Source: Octopus vulgaris
Lineage: Eukaryota
Length of the DNA stretch: 64,000 nucleotides
Reading direction: 5' to 3'
NCBI GenBank assembly: GCA_951406725.2
Contig: OX597835.1
Location: forward strand, 29,264,001-29,328,000
The notes under the pieces are model-generated. The model searched no databases. It saw only the letters and a list, made by a program, of their open reading frames with translations, and had not been told where the DNA came from. Positions 13,238-27,770 of this stretch are shown one piece after another (the first letter of the stretch is position 1; the number at the start of each line of letters is the position of its first letter). A program made the translations under genes and the position numbers.

Positions 13238-13625
13238 CCCTGATGCAGTACTAGACAGTGGCTCTCGTGGCTTCTAATCTTAACTGATTGGTAGTGTTAT
13301 CATGTACATTGTTTTGTCTTATTATAAAAGATGGGCTACAGCAAATATTCTGCTCAATACCAGAGATTTGCTTGTCAGTTGTTTGACCATAACCAGTTGA
13401 GCATGTCCCTAAGTGGCTGACGATATGTGCATCTCTGATCACGAACAGGAGTAGTGGGGGAGCATCATAACCATGTGTTGAGAGGGATTCCTTGCGGTTT
13501 GAATAATTCACCCCTAGAAACATTGGTGTTTCGTTTAACATCCTTAAACAACCGTAATTCAGGGATCTTTTGAGCGGGATGGGCTACTCGACCGGAAGAA
13601 AATTTTAACTGGGCCCCACCTGCAA
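13237..13625. mobile_element. Partial copy of the ~555-bp TAA-flanked non-coding repeat
   Basis: Reverse complement of 32780-33170. Confidence 0.8.
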
Positions 13626-13629
13626 GCTT

Positions 13630-13935
13630 CACGATTTACGACCTATGCAACTTACGACCATCCGAGCTTACGACCACAAAAAATAAATACATAAAAATCG
13701 ATTTTCCGACATTTGAGCAGCAGCATGTACGATAGCTATAGCAGTATCTGGCAATGCAAACCTCTGTCAGAACAAGGAATCCCACTGCCTGCCACTGTCT
13801 CTCACTCAGTCGCTTTGAAGAACCAGTTGCGGTTTGAATGAAAATAGTGTTGAAAAATATAAATCCGACATACGACCAGATCGACTAACGACCTCTCAGT
13901 TGGAATAGGACACGATCATAAGTCGAGGAGAATGT
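13630..13935. mobile_element. Tigger/pogo-like non-autonomous DNA transposon remnant
   Basis: Repeated acttacgacc motifs and a terminal tcataagtcgaggag, resembling Tigger-type TIRs. Confidence 0.5.
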
Positions 13936-14015
13936 GTGTGTATATATATATATATACACATTACTATATGTATATGTATATGAATATATATATGTATATA
14001 TATATATATGTATGT

Positions 14016-14219
14016 GACCGCGTGTGTACCGTTGGCGATATTTTTCCCTCTGTCTTCACTTCTCTGGATCTTTCATTCTCCTATGTTTTCGACGAAGAGC
14101 TCCGCTCGAAACGTTAGACTTTCCTTCTTTCTTTCTTTCCTGAGCGTCCAATAATACTATATTTGTTCCACGTCCTCGCGTTGTTGTGTTTTTTTGTGCT
14201 TTCTTGTTTGGATTAACTT
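14016..14219 (+). mobile_element. ~200-bp hammerhead-bearing element (family H1) in (TA)n, core degenerate
   Basis: Same sequence as the arms at 25726-26162, reading gttt-TCGACGA-agagctccgctc-GAAA-cgtt-agac. A more decayed copy lies at about 14505-14690. Confidence 0.75.
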
Positions 14220-14243
14220 TATATGTATATATATGTATACATA

Positions 14244-14305
<62 letters not shown>

Positions 14306-14412
14306 CGGCTCGCTTAGCCAGCGGGGTGGCGTCATTCGAAGGCTAAAACAATGCAAACGCATTGTGACCAGCAATGTGTAGCAACATCTGATAGTCTGGT
14401 CGGTCACGTGAT

Positions 14413-14478
<66 letters not shown>

Positions 14479-14684
14479 ATATATATATGTCTGTATATAT
14501 AACCACATGTGAATCGTTGGCGATTTTCTACTCCCGTTTTCCTTTCTATTGGACTTTCCCCTCTTTCAGAAGAAGAGCGTTAAACCATCTCTCTTTCCTT
14601 CCCTGAGCGTCTGCTAATACTTTACATGTACCACGACCTCGCGCTATTGCGTTTGTTTTTGTGTTTGTTGTTCTTTTTTGGACT

Positions 14685-14731
<47 letters not shown>

Positions 14732-15206
14732 TAAGGGCTCCTAAATAAAGATGCCGAGTGCTGGGAAATAATATTACTACCCTTCTTGTTTATATATATA
14801 TATATATATATACGAACACATATATTGTGTGGGGCAGCAGCATAAGCCGTTGTATTATTCCAAATGTTCGCGTACTATTACTCAATTCCCTTGTTTTACA
14901 TCTGTGCTTGCATATGTGTATGCATGTATCCACACACGCACACACACACAATACACACAAACACACACACAGACACTCACACATATTCTTTTACTTTTAC
15001 TCTTTTACATGTTTCAGTCATTTGACTGCGACCATGTTTGAGGACCATATCATATATGGGGCACCGCGATTAAAATAATAATAATAATATTAAGAATTTC
15101 GCCCGACGCTTCGGCCTGTTGCAATTTATAGAAAAATAAAAGACGAAAACAGGGGCATGAACAACAAGGAGGTGTAATAGTTTGAGACTCGGGTAAGTGA
15201 AGAAGT

Positions 15207-15243
15207 CCTTTGGGATTCGAGCCTACGCTCTTTATCGGAAAGG
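15207..15243 (-). ncRNA. Degenerate hammerhead ribozyme motif
   Basis: ccttt-CCGATAA-a-gagc-gtag-gctc-GAAT-ccc-aaagg: stems I and II are intact, the core is mutated. Confidence 0.5.
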
Positions 15244-15300
15244 GATAAGAGACAATAAACAGAGAGAGAAGAAAAAAGGACTTGTGAATGTAGCAGTCGA

Positions 15301-15347
<47 letters not shown>

Positions 15348-15846
15348 TGTAAATAGGACTGAGCTATTTAATGTACACTTTCTCTTTCTAACGTGTACGC
15401 GTCTATCTGGCGGGGAGAACAGCCAAATCTCCCTCCAAATGACTTGTTTTTCTCCTATATGATGGATACATTGCATTGAAAGTTACTTTTTAGCCCCGTT
15501 ATATTGCTAATAATTACTACAATCCGATATATAACATACAAAAATACAAACTGCATAGCAATTAAACTATCTTAGCAACAACAAAAACAAGATTAATATT
15601 AAAAATAATAAATATTAATATTACAAAATTAGTACTAATGATTTATTACCTAAGCTTCTTACATAATCCAGGGATTTGCTAGAGAAAAGAAAGAAGAATG
15701 GAGAAAGAAAAAATGCCTGACTTTTTTTTTTCTCAAGGGCATTAGCAACGGCGGAGAAATGGCTCCATCCAGTAATTGATACTCGGCCCCAAGTATGTTG
15801 TGTTGACTACGTCGTGTCTACGCCTGTTCATCATCATCACCATCAC

Positions 15847-15894
<48 letters not shown>

Positions 15895-16122
15895 CCACGT
15901 CCTCCTCCTCCTCATCATCATCATTATCATCATCACCATCACTGTCGTCATCGTCGTCGTTGTCTTCGTCGTCGTCATCATCATCATCATCAGCATCATC
16001 ATCACCAATACCAGTAGATGAAAAAGAGGCAGATGATGATAATGATGTGATGATGATGAAGAAGAAGCAGTAGCAGCAATAGTAACAGATGTAGCAGCAG
16101 CAGCAGCAGTAGCAGTATTATA

Positions 16123-16192
<70 letters not shown>

Positions 16193-16387
16193 ACCGTCGT
16201 CGTTGTGTGGTTAATCCACTCGCTTGTCCTTCTTGAAGGTTGTGGTTTGATTGTACAATGCGGCGGCACCTTGGGCAAAGTCTCCATAATGGCCTCGGTT
16301 TTACCAAAGTTTTGAGAGAAGAATTCGGTTGTCAAGCAGCGATGAGAGACAAAATCAAACACAAACACAGATACATACACGCACACA

Positions 16388-16465
<78 letters not shown>

Positions 16466-16839
16466 TGTGTATATATATTCTTTTATTCTTTTACTTGTTT
16501 CAGTCATTTGACTGCGACCATGCAGAGAGAAAGAGAGAGAGAGAGAGAATAAGCGAGAGAGAGAGAGAGAGAGAGAATGAGGGAGAGAGAGAATGAGGGA
16601 GAGAGAGAGAAAGCGAGAGAGAGAATGAGAGAGAGAGAAAGCGAGAGAGAGAATGAGGGAGAGAGAGAGAAAGTGAGAGAGAGAATGAGGGAGAGAGAGA
16701 GAAAGCGAGAGAGAGAGAATGGGGGAGAGAGAGAGAATGAAGAGCTGTGGAAAGCATAAAAACAAAGACTAAAGCTTTCAATAATTTTGCAAAGGAAACA
16801 GCTAAAGGATAACGTAAAATAGGACTGTTGCTTCAAGGG

Positions 16840-19070
16840 GATTTCTCACTGACCACGGACCAAAAATGGATAAGTGAAGTGCTCTGTGAACAATTTTAAA
16901 GTGTCTTCATCCGCCCCACTTCTGAGAAACATGCAGATATAAAAACCCGGCTGAATTCTTTAACATTGCAGCTCTGCAGACGAAGGTGGCAACCATAGAT
17001 TACATCGACATTGAGGAGGCAGATGTAACAGCAGCCATAAATGAAATGAGCTTAAGCTCAGCAACTGGTCCCTAGGGATTCCCAGCTATTTTGCTGAAGT
17101 TATGTAAACAAGGTTTAGCGAAACCACATTTCCAAACTTACCTTGAAAATGGAAAACTTCTTTAACAAAAAACTAAACTAAAAGGAGGCATTATATGTCC
17201 TATCCACAAAGGTTGGAACAGAGCAGAAGTTAAAATCTAAAGATCACTCTCTCTGGACTTTACATAGCAGGAAAGTCATGGAGCGAATCAGGAAGGAAGG
17301 GATAATGTTCCTAGAAGAAAATAAACAGCATGACTTCTGTACAGGAAGACGTTGCCTCACACAGCTCTTACAGCACTATGACTGGGTTTTGAAGCAGCTG
17401 CTTGATCATTCAGATGTCAATGTATCTTGACTTCTCAAAAGCCTTTGATAAGATGGATCATGACATGATACGTACAAGCTGCAAGACCTTGACGTTGCTG
17501 GTAAACTGGGAGAGTGGCTACATGGCATCCTAAAAGATAGAAGTTAAGCAGTTGTAACCAATAGTGTCCTCTCAGAAGATATACATACCCTAAGTGGCGT
17601 CACCCAGGAAACTATCTTCGGGTGATTACTGTCTCTAATCATCGCTCAGACAGACACTGTCACTAACTGCGCCGATGATACAAAATTATCCCATGCAATA
17701 AAGAGCCCAGATGATCCCGTAAGCTTACAGAGGGACCTAAATGCAATATACAAGTGAGCTGAAGAAAACAACATGCTATTTAATGCTGGAAAATTTCAAG
17801 CAGTGCGTTATCAGCAAACAAATGCACCGCAGCCCTGCATATACAGGATCCGAAGCCACAGCTATTCCAGAATCACAAATAGTGAGATACTTAGGGAGGA
17901 GTGTGTGTAATGAATCATACTATTTTCCTACGGCGGTTTTCGGTTATTCTACCTTAAGCTTTCTCTTAGGTTATATTATTTTATTTGTCTTTTCTCTGAG
18001 TAAGGGAGAATATAATGATTCAACGTCACTTATACTCAAGTGTTATCATTATACCTAAACCCTAACTACAGTTAAAACGTCATATAGACATATACGCATG
18101 AAACGCTGTATTAATGACATGTATGTTGAATATTTTAATCGTGTCCTTTAAACCGCTATAAGAAACATAAATCAAAGATTACAGAAATGCATATGCTCAG
18201 TTGAAAAACAAACGTGAAGAGAAACATATTCTTTTTAATCATTTTTTTATTATATAAATATAACATTTTATATTATTTACAATAAGAAAGATAACTTTGT
18301 CGGGAAGAAGAACGACTATAAATTCCTTAGCTAATTTCTTCTTTCTATCTAATACGTTAACCAACAAATCAAAATAGATTTGTGATTAACTTAGACATGG
18401 CATAAAAATTACCGATGTCTCCAAAAGAGTGAGTGATGTGGAGTTACGTGACAACCAACGAACACTGAAATATTTTCCAAAATCCAGGGTTTTTATAACT
18501 GCTCAACTTGACTAAAAAGAATCGAAATCCATGACAGATATTCTTTTCGAAACTTCTAGAATCTTTATATGAGCAGTTATATTAACCAATGGAAAAAAAA
18601 ACGAAAATGATAATTCTTCGGCAATACGACATTACGTCATATTGCCAATTCACGCCACATTTCAAAATGGCTAAAATGGTTATTGCTACACTATATACAG
18701 ATTAACAAAATGAGAAGCAAAAGGTCAGATAACGGGCAGTATGAACCAAGAGGTCATGTTGACCCTGTGGATGGTTTCTACTCTCAGCCGCCTGGAATTT
18801 AGACTCTCAGTTGTGGTCACCACATAGCACCAAACTAACAGCCGAGCTTCAACCGGTCCATCGTCTTTACACTAGAAAAATTGTTACAGCGCAGCAGATA
18901 AGCTACAGAGGGAGGCTGAAAAAACTACGACGTTATCCCCTGAAGAGAAGACGACACAGATATGTAATAATCTATATATGAAAAATTCAGGAAGAGCTAA
19001 TACCTAATTTCGGAATTGCATGTTATACAAATGCCCGAACTGGACTGCATTGTATTATACTAAAGGTATT
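16840..19070 (+). pseudogene. Decayed CR1/L2-group LINE reverse transcriptase, interrupted by an insertion
   Basis: Piecewise translation gives GFPAILLK, ICPIHKG, QHDF..GRRCLTQLL, YLDFSKAFDK, SGVTQETIFG, CADDTKL, LQRDLNAIY and NNMLFNAGKF. It resumes after about 18660 with SRLEF.SQLWSP and ERL-like/YPLKRRR motifs. Confidence 0.85.
17930..18655. mobile_element. Unclassified AT-rich insertion splitting the LINE
   Basis: LINE homology stops after YLGRSVCNESYYF and resumes near 18660. The insert contains cctaaaccctaac and only weak GGCG/CGCC ends. Confidence 0.45.
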
Positions 19071-19406
19071 GTACTACAGTCTACCATATCAGCAACAAAA
19101 AGAATGATGTGCAAAAAAAAAACGTTTTTCTAATTCATAAGTCTAAATTTGTATTTTAAGAACATTTAAACTTGTCGACATTGAAACTTTTAAGATGTAT
19201 TTGTAATTCATGGTTCTAAATTTTTGCCATTGATAAACAAAAAAAAATACTGTTGAAACTAGTTTGGTATATGTGAAAATAAATTTATTTTAAACTATTA
19301 CAAGTTTTTCAAATTTAGGTGCATTTTTTTTAACAAATTTGCCTATATTTTTCCTTCAGTGGAAATACACCCGCTCATTTGTTATATATATATATAATCT
19401 TGAAAT

Positions 19407-19463
19407 ATCATGCTGATGAGGGATCTGAATTTTACAATTCTAATCCCGAAACGCGTACATGAT
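19407..19463 (+). ncRNA. Type I minimal hammerhead ribozyme (intact core)
   Basis: atcatg-CTGATGA-gggat...atccc-GAAA-cgcg-TA-catgat: 6-bp stem I, 5-bp stem II, palindromic ACGCGT stem III and a GUA cleavage site. Confidence 0.85.
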
Positions 19464-19655
19464 TAATCGTAAGACTGGTTGATTTCGTTATTTTTTCTTC
19501 CTTTTGCCTATATGAGTTACGAGTATTGCTCTCTGTGGAGTTATAGTGTAGTTAAAAGAATTAGCGGATTTTACTGCTATTTCTAAATTTTCGGTATGTG
19601 GTGAAGCAACGTTTTGCTAAACCATTAATTATTTATTTATATATATATTATCATA

Positions 19656-19827
<172 letters not shown>

Positions 19828-20221
19828 GAGTAATAAAGATGTGCAAGTGTCAATTCATTATGGCCTTTTCAAGCGACCTCTTTAATTGATTAATGAGAGC
19901 ACCACATCGACTGCATAGACATGAATTGACAGCTATACATCTGTGATACTCCTTTATATCATATTCACCTAAATTGGAATCTGTACTTTGGAAATACTAT
20001 AGAAAGAACCTTTATAAAAAGGTACTTTTCTGAATTATCAAACGGTGATATCTTCACGTTGCTGGGTTGTGTTGTATGTTTACACAGCAGGAATATCAGG
20101 TACAAACACCCCCTACATGGAGTCTTGATATTCAATATTCAATTAATATTGTTTGGGTGCGTAGATTATACCGACCTAGCAAGGTGCATCAATTTAAGTA
20201 CCTAATTCAACGGAATCTTAA

Positions 20222-20273
<52 letters not shown>

Positions 20274-20467
20274 CAATTAAACCTTATGTACGTCATTAAC
20301 GGATAATAAAATCCAATGATTTTACTGTTTTATTACCTATTATTTATTTTGAATATTAGATTTTATATTAAAAATCAGGTAATTAAATAAACCGAGGTTT
20401 ATATTTATTTCAGAAAAATAAGAAAATAGAGAAAAGTCAATTTATTAATTACAGAAATAGACATAAT

Positions 20468-20546
20468 CTCTGGCAGCTGTTTCGATTCAAACTTTAGAAA
20501 TTAATTAAAAGTAATTAAATCATTATTAAGTTGAATGCCATCGGAG
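20468..20546 (-). ncRNA. Degenerate hammerhead motif
   Basis: ct-CCGATGG-c-attcaa...ttgaat-c-GAAA-cagctg-cc-agag. It has the same CAGCTG stem III as 26383 but core substitutions. Confidence 0.45.
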
Positions 20547-21023
20547 GTAGGAAAAAGATATACCATTAGATTTTTGTATTGTTATGTGTAAAGTGTGCGG
20601 AGCATTTCAGCTAACTCATATCATTGCTGACAATGTAAACCTTCGTTTAATCAAGTTAACTTTGGCCTGACGAGTAGCCTGCGGTATACACCTTGCTTGG
20701 ATATTTACCACTTCCGAGGTTCCGCAAGCAAGGAAGCATATGTAGCCCGGAACTTATCTATTGCATTCCTTAACTCTTGTTTTCTTATCCGCATACCCAG
20801 CCACCCTGGTGAAACATAAAAAGACATTTTTAAAGTTCGTCGTACATTGATACGAAGAAATGCAAAACCTTCAAATCAATAAACCACTATTGTCCCTGAA
20901 AGTTGTTTTTTTAAATATTTACTACGGATTGCTTGAAGCTCACTTTCATTCTACACCGCCATCCTTAGACCTTATATATATGTGCATATATTATTTTTTT
21001 GTATATATATATATATATACATT

Positions 21024-21106
21024 CAGCGTGATTCAAAAGTCGCCATACTTACAAAAAATTAATTTTTTATATAAATTCTGATGAATGGCGACTTTTTAAT
21101 CACCCT

Positions 21107-21107
<1 letters not shown>
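21024..21107. mobile_element. 84-bp Tc1/mariner-type mini-MITE
   Basis: TIRs cagcgtgattcaaaagtcgccat / atggcgactttttaatcaccctg, followed by TA. Confidence 0.7.
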
Positions 21108-21140
<33 letters not shown>

Positions 21141-21146
21141 GTATAC

Positions 21147-21186
<40 letters not shown>

Positions 21187-21192
21187 GTATAC

Positions 21193-21224
<32 letters not shown>

Positions 21225-21227
<3 letters not shown>

Positions 21228-21570
21228 TATGTATGTATGTATGTATATATTCTTTTATTCTTTTAATTGTTTCAGTCACCGCATTTAGTTGACCAAATCG
21301 ACTCCCAAAACTTATACTTTGTAAGCCGAGTACTTATTCTATTGTTCACTTTTGCCGAACGGCTAAGTTACGGTGACATGAACAACCAGCATCGGTATAT
21401 ATATATATATATGTTTAAGATCCACTTAAACTGAAGCACAAAGTATAAGTTTTGGGAGTCGATTTGGTCAACTAAATGCGGTGTTCCAGCATGGCCGCAG
21501 TCAAATGACTGAAACAATTAAAAGAATAAAAGAATATATACATACATACATACATACATACATACATACG
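21225..21570. repeat. Local inverted duplication of a SINE A tail plus flank
   Basis: 21225-21342 and 21437-21570 are reverse complements sharing private variants (ctcccaaaacttatac). Confidence 0.8.
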
Positions 21571-21799
21571 TACATACATACATACATAACGGTCTCCATA
21601 GTCCGCACAACCAAACAATATTAATTGAATATTGAATATCAAAACTCTGTGGATGCGTGCTTGCCGTCTGTGCAGCGGACGCTACATAGCTGAGTGAAGG
21701 TTTCCGCTCTTGGTATTTCAGGCATGTACTTTTTCTAAAGGTATTTCCAAAGTGCAGATTACAAAGGTAGGTGAATAAAATGAGTAACTTGTTATTTTT

Positions 21800-21968
21800 G
21801 TGGCTGTGTGGTAAGTAGCTAGCTTATGAACCACATGGTTCCGGGTTCAGTCCCACTGCGGATACCTTGGGCAAGTGGCTTCTACTATAGCCTCGGGCCG
21901 ACCAAAGCGTTGTGAGTGGATTTGGTTGACGGAAACTGAAAGAAGCCTGTCGTATATATGTATATATA

Positions 21969-22029
<61 letters not shown>

Positions 22030-22247
22030 ATGCGATTCTGTGTTTGTGTTTGTCTCGCCAACATCGCTTGACAACCGATGCTGGTGTGTTTACGTCCTCG
22101 TAACTTAGCGGTTCGGCAAAATAGACCGATAGAATAAGTACTAGGCTGACAAAGAATAAGTCCTGGAGTTGATTTTGTTCGACTAAACGTGGTGCTCCCC
22201 CATGGTCAGAGTCACATGGCCGAAGTTAAATAGTAAAAGAGTAAAAG
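21800..22247 (+). mobile_element. SINE family A full-length copy
   Basis: A-box-like tggctgtgtgg, B-box-like ggttcagtccc, accttgggcaagtg, internal (TG)n, and tail ending taaaagagtaaaag. An opposite-strand copy follows at about 22330-22700. Confidence 0.85.
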
Positions 22248-22270
22248 TGATATATATATATATATATGTT

Positions 22271-22305
<35 letters not shown>

Positions 22306-22763
22306 GTATGTATGTATGTATCTTATTCCTTTGCTTTAGTCATTTTGACTGCGGCCATGCTGGAGCAACGCCTTTAGTCGAGCAAATCGACCCCAGGACT
22401 TGGTACTTGCAAACCTAGTATTTATCCTGTCGTTCGAATATTTGCTACTACCACCGTGATATGCACCCGCTAATTTACGGGGACGTAAAAACACCAACAT
22501 CAGTTGTCGGTGGGAGGACAAACACAGACACACACGCACAAACATATAGATATAAATATATATACGACCGGCTTCTTTCTGTTTCCGTCTACCAAATTCA
22601 CACAGAAGGCCTTGATCGGCCCAAGGTGTCACGCTGTGGGACTGAACCCAGAACCATGTGGTTGGTAAGCATGCTACTTACCGCACAACCACAGCTGCGC
22701 ATAGGTAGATAGATAGATATAGACATATATATGTGTGTGTGTATGCTGATACATATGTATGTA

Positions 22764-22853
<90 letters not shown>

Positions 22854-23217
22854 GAGTGTGTTATGCATATGTATACATACATAGACACTCACATACATAC
22901 ATACATACATACATACATACATACATACATACATACATACATACATACATACATACGTACGTACATACATACATACATACATACATACATACATACGTAC
23001 GTACATACATACATACATACATACATACATACATACATACATACATACATACATACATACGTACGTACGTACATACATACATACATACATACATACATAC
23101 ATACACACATACATACATACATATATACATACATACGTACGTACATACATACATACATACGTACGTACGTACATACATACATACATACATACATACATAC
23201 ATACATACATACATACA

Positions 23218-23251
<34 letters not shown>

Positions 23252-25215
23252 AGTATATAGAATGAAGGAAAGAAGGGAAGAGCGCTTGGGAGGGTCAATG
23301 ACCACGTCGTAGCCGAATTGCCTGACGTTTCGTTTTACATGATAAAATTATACAAATGAGTGTGTATCTGCGTGGCTTAATTATCATCTTGTTAGCATCA
23401 AAATCCATAATTAACTTCGTGTGGCCTGTCCACTGTCCTCTACACTAATCCTTCGTTTGACATACACAAATAAACACACAAACGCACATAGGCATATATG
23501 AATGTATGTATTTATGTATGTACGCAATGCTGGAATGTATGCAAGTATCTATGTAAGTACGTATATATGTAATATGTGTACATGTATGTATGTATGTATG
23601 TATGTATGTATGTATGTATATGTGTGTGTACATATGTATGTATGTATGCATGTATGTAGGTACGTATGTACGTATGCATGCATATATGTATGCATGTATA
23701 AGTGTATGTACGTATGCATGCATGTATGTATGTAAGTATGCATGTATGTATACTTGTATGTATGTATGTATGTATGTATGTATGTATGTATGTATGTATG
23801 TATATGTGTGTGTACATATGTATGTATGTATGTATGTATGTATGCATGTATGTATATATGTATGTATGTAGGTACGTATGTACGTATGTATGCATATATG
23901 TATGCATGTATAAGTGTATGTATGTATGCATTCATGTATGTATGTAAGTATGCATGTATGTATACTTGCATGTATGTATGTATGTATGTATGCATGCATG
24001 TTTGTGTGTGTATGTACGTATGTATATACATATATATGTGATATGTATGTATACATGTATGTATGTATATATGTATGCAAGCATGTAGGTTTATATGTGT
24101 GTACGTATGTATGTATATATGTATTATGTGTGTGTAGTTATGTATGTATGTAGGTATGTATGTATGTGTGTATATGTATGAATGCATGCAGTTTGTGTGT
24201 GTACGTATGTCTGAATATATGTAATATGTGTGTATGTATGTAGGTGGATATGTATGTATGTGTTTGTATGTATGTATGCATCTATGTATGTGTTAGTACG
24301 TATGTATGTATGTATGTGGGTATGTATGTATGTATGTGTATGTGAATATATGTATGTATATATGTATGCATGTATGGACGAGTTTGTGTGTACGTATGTA
24401 TGTATATATGTAATATGGGTGTATGTATGTAAGTAGGTAGGTATTTATGTATTTGTATGTAGGTATTTATGTGCATATGTACGTATGTATGTGTGTGCCT
24501 AGGTTGGTATGTGTGTATGTATGCGTATATGCATGTGTGTATGTGTGTGTATATATAAGTAACGTGTTAGATCTTGGAGCCAATTCTCAAGATTTTTAAC
24601 GAGATACAACTTTATGTTTGGATGTACCTGATGGGACCCAGATTGCAAAATGGATGCAACACATGTGGAACAAAGTCCCGCCCATAAGGGACAATGGCTG
24701 GATGGGTAGAAACGACCGTGGTACAAAATAAAGATCAATAACAAGTCTAACTTCTCGGTACTTAAGAAACTATTATTATTATTATTTTTATTATTATTAT
24801 CATTATTATTATTATTATTATCATTATTATTATTATTAATATTATTATTATTATTATACATACATACATACATACATACATACATACATACACACATACA
24901 CACACGACGGGCTTCTTTCAGTTTACTTCTACTAGTCCACTCTTTAGGCTTTGGTCGACCAGGGTCTATAATAGAAGACAATTGCCCCAGGTGCCACGCA
25001 GTGGGACTGAACCCGGAAACATGTGGCCGAGAGTCTATATTTATGATTGTATGTATGATTAGATTGTAGATTGCGATGGCATAGCTTGGTACTTTTATCT
25101 ATAGGTTTCTTTTCGCCGAACCCCTAATTTCACGAGGACGGAAACACACTAGCACCGGCTGTCAAGCAGTGGTGGGGGACAAAGAGATACAAAGACACAC
25201 ACACATAGATATATA

Positions 25216-25270
<55 letters not shown>

Positions 25271-25725
25271 GACAGGCTTCTCTCAGTTACCGTCTAACAA
25301 ATCCACTCATAAGGCTTTGGGCAACCCGAGGATATAGTAGTGGGACTGAACTTGGAACCATGTGATTGGGCGCAAGCTTCTTACCGCACGGCCGCGCCTT
25401 TGACAATAATATTGTTCAATTTTGGTGATGTTAGCAGCAAACAGATGCTGGGGATAGCAAACGGACAACGACAACAGTGACTAAATTAAAAAATGACACA
25501 CGGGTGAATATAGAAAGTAGAAAAAACATATACACATTATACAGACAAAAGCGAGTGGTATATGTGGCATGAAACATATTTGATAGGCGCTATATATTTT
25601 GATAACAGATTGATTTTTACTCCATGTAATTTAAGCTTTGTAGGATTTATTCCACGAAACTTTTATAGTGGAATGAAACCGATCCAAAGTGTTATTTGAT
25701 AATATATATATATATATATATATAA

Positions 25726-26157
25726 AGTTAATCCAAACATGAAAACAAAAAGAGAAAACACAACAACGCGAGGATGTGGAACAAATATAGTATTATTGGA
25801 CACTCAGGAAAGAAGGAAAGAAGGAGGGTTTAACGTTTCGAGCGGATCTCTTCGTCAGAAACATAGGAAAAGGAAAGATCCAAGGAAGGGAAGATGGAGG
25901 AAAATAAATCGCCAACGGTACACACGCGGTCACATTTTGAATATATATATATATAGAGAGACCGCGTGTGTACCGTTGGCGATTTATTTTCCTCCGTCTT
26001 CCCTTCTTTGGATCTTTCCTTCTCCTATGTTTCCGACGAAGAGCTCCGCTCGAAACTTTGAACCCTCCTTCTTTCCTTCTTTCCTGAGTGTCCAATAATA
26101 CTATATTTGTTCCACGTCCTCGCGTTGTTGTGTTTTTTTGTGCTTTCTTGTTTGGAT

Positions 26158-26162
<5 letters not shown>
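25726..26162. mobile_element. Inverted pair of H1 hammerhead elements in (TA)n
   Basis: 25726-25931 is the reverse complement of 25960-26162 with several substitutions. The spacer is about 28 bp and TA-rich, and both outer ends abut (TA)n. Confidence 0.85.
25828..25862 (-). ncRNA. Minimal hammerhead ribozyme (intact core)
   Basis: gttt-CTGACGA-a-gagatccgctc-GAAA-cgt-T-aaac, with palindromic ACGT stem III and a GUU site. Confidence 0.7.
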
Positions 26163-26209
<47 letters not shown>

Positions 26210-26217
26210 TACATATA

Positions 26218-26330
<113 letters not shown>

Positions 26331-26382
26331 TGTTGTATCTGGAACACGATGAACTGTGAACTATATTCTTCTATAAACACCT

Positions 26383-26458
26383 GTCTCTGATGACGGTATT
26401 TCAGGTTTATGGGGACGTTGACCCATCATCTGGGCCATCCCAGAAACAGCTGTAAGAC
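26383..26458 (+). ncRNA. Type I hammerhead ribozyme (intact core, extended stem II)
   Basis: gtct-CTGATGA-cggtat...atccca-GAAA-cagctg-TA-agac, with palindromic ACAGCTGT stem III. Stem II base is imperfect. Confidence 0.7.
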
Positions 26459-26629
26459 GTTAATTACTTCTATTTGTCCTGTTTTTATTCACCTTACTCT
26501 AATTAAATATTTTAAATGACCTGAGATACTCAGCCTGCCTTGGTTTTGTTTTCATTTTTTTCTTTTAATACATATTTATGTATGTATGCATATGTATATA
26601 GATAGAAATTCACATATCTACAGATACAT

Positions 26630-27010
<381 letters not shown>

Positions 27011-27478
27011 ATATATATATATATATATATATAAATGCGCAAATAAATTTATCATATATGATTACATATATATATATATATATGAAGACACACGCATATA
27101 CGCACACACACACATACATACTCATACACACACTCACACATACATACATGGATGTTGTTGTTCAGAGGCTTTACTTAATGTCAGTTGGCCGCGATCCAAT
27201 TTTCCTCAGAGGACGCGTTGCCAACCAACAGCTGTGTATGTGTGCGACTCTGCCACTGTGTACGTGTGTGTATGTGTGTGTGTGTATGTGTGTGTGTGTG
27301 TGTTTGTATGTGTTTCCATGTACGTGCGCTTGTTTTCTTTTTGTACGTCTCTGTGCACGTGAATCACTCTCTCAGTGAGAGGTTGTGTATTTACGTTTCG
27401 AGCCGCTCATGTCAATTTAATTGTGTATATGAGCATATGTGCTTGTATAGATGCAGTTTTGCGCATGTGTTTCCATAT

Positions 27479-27521
<43 letters not shown>

Positions 27522-27677
27522 GATGCGTATGCGTGAGTGTGTGTCTAGCTGTGTAATTGCGTGTGTAGGTGGACAGGTATGTGTGTGTTTGTAAATATGC
27601 GTGTCTCACCCGCTAATTTGTATTCTGGTATAAAACATTGACACACACGTATAATTATATATTTAAGTATCTGTTAG

Positions 27678-27770
<93 letters not shown>

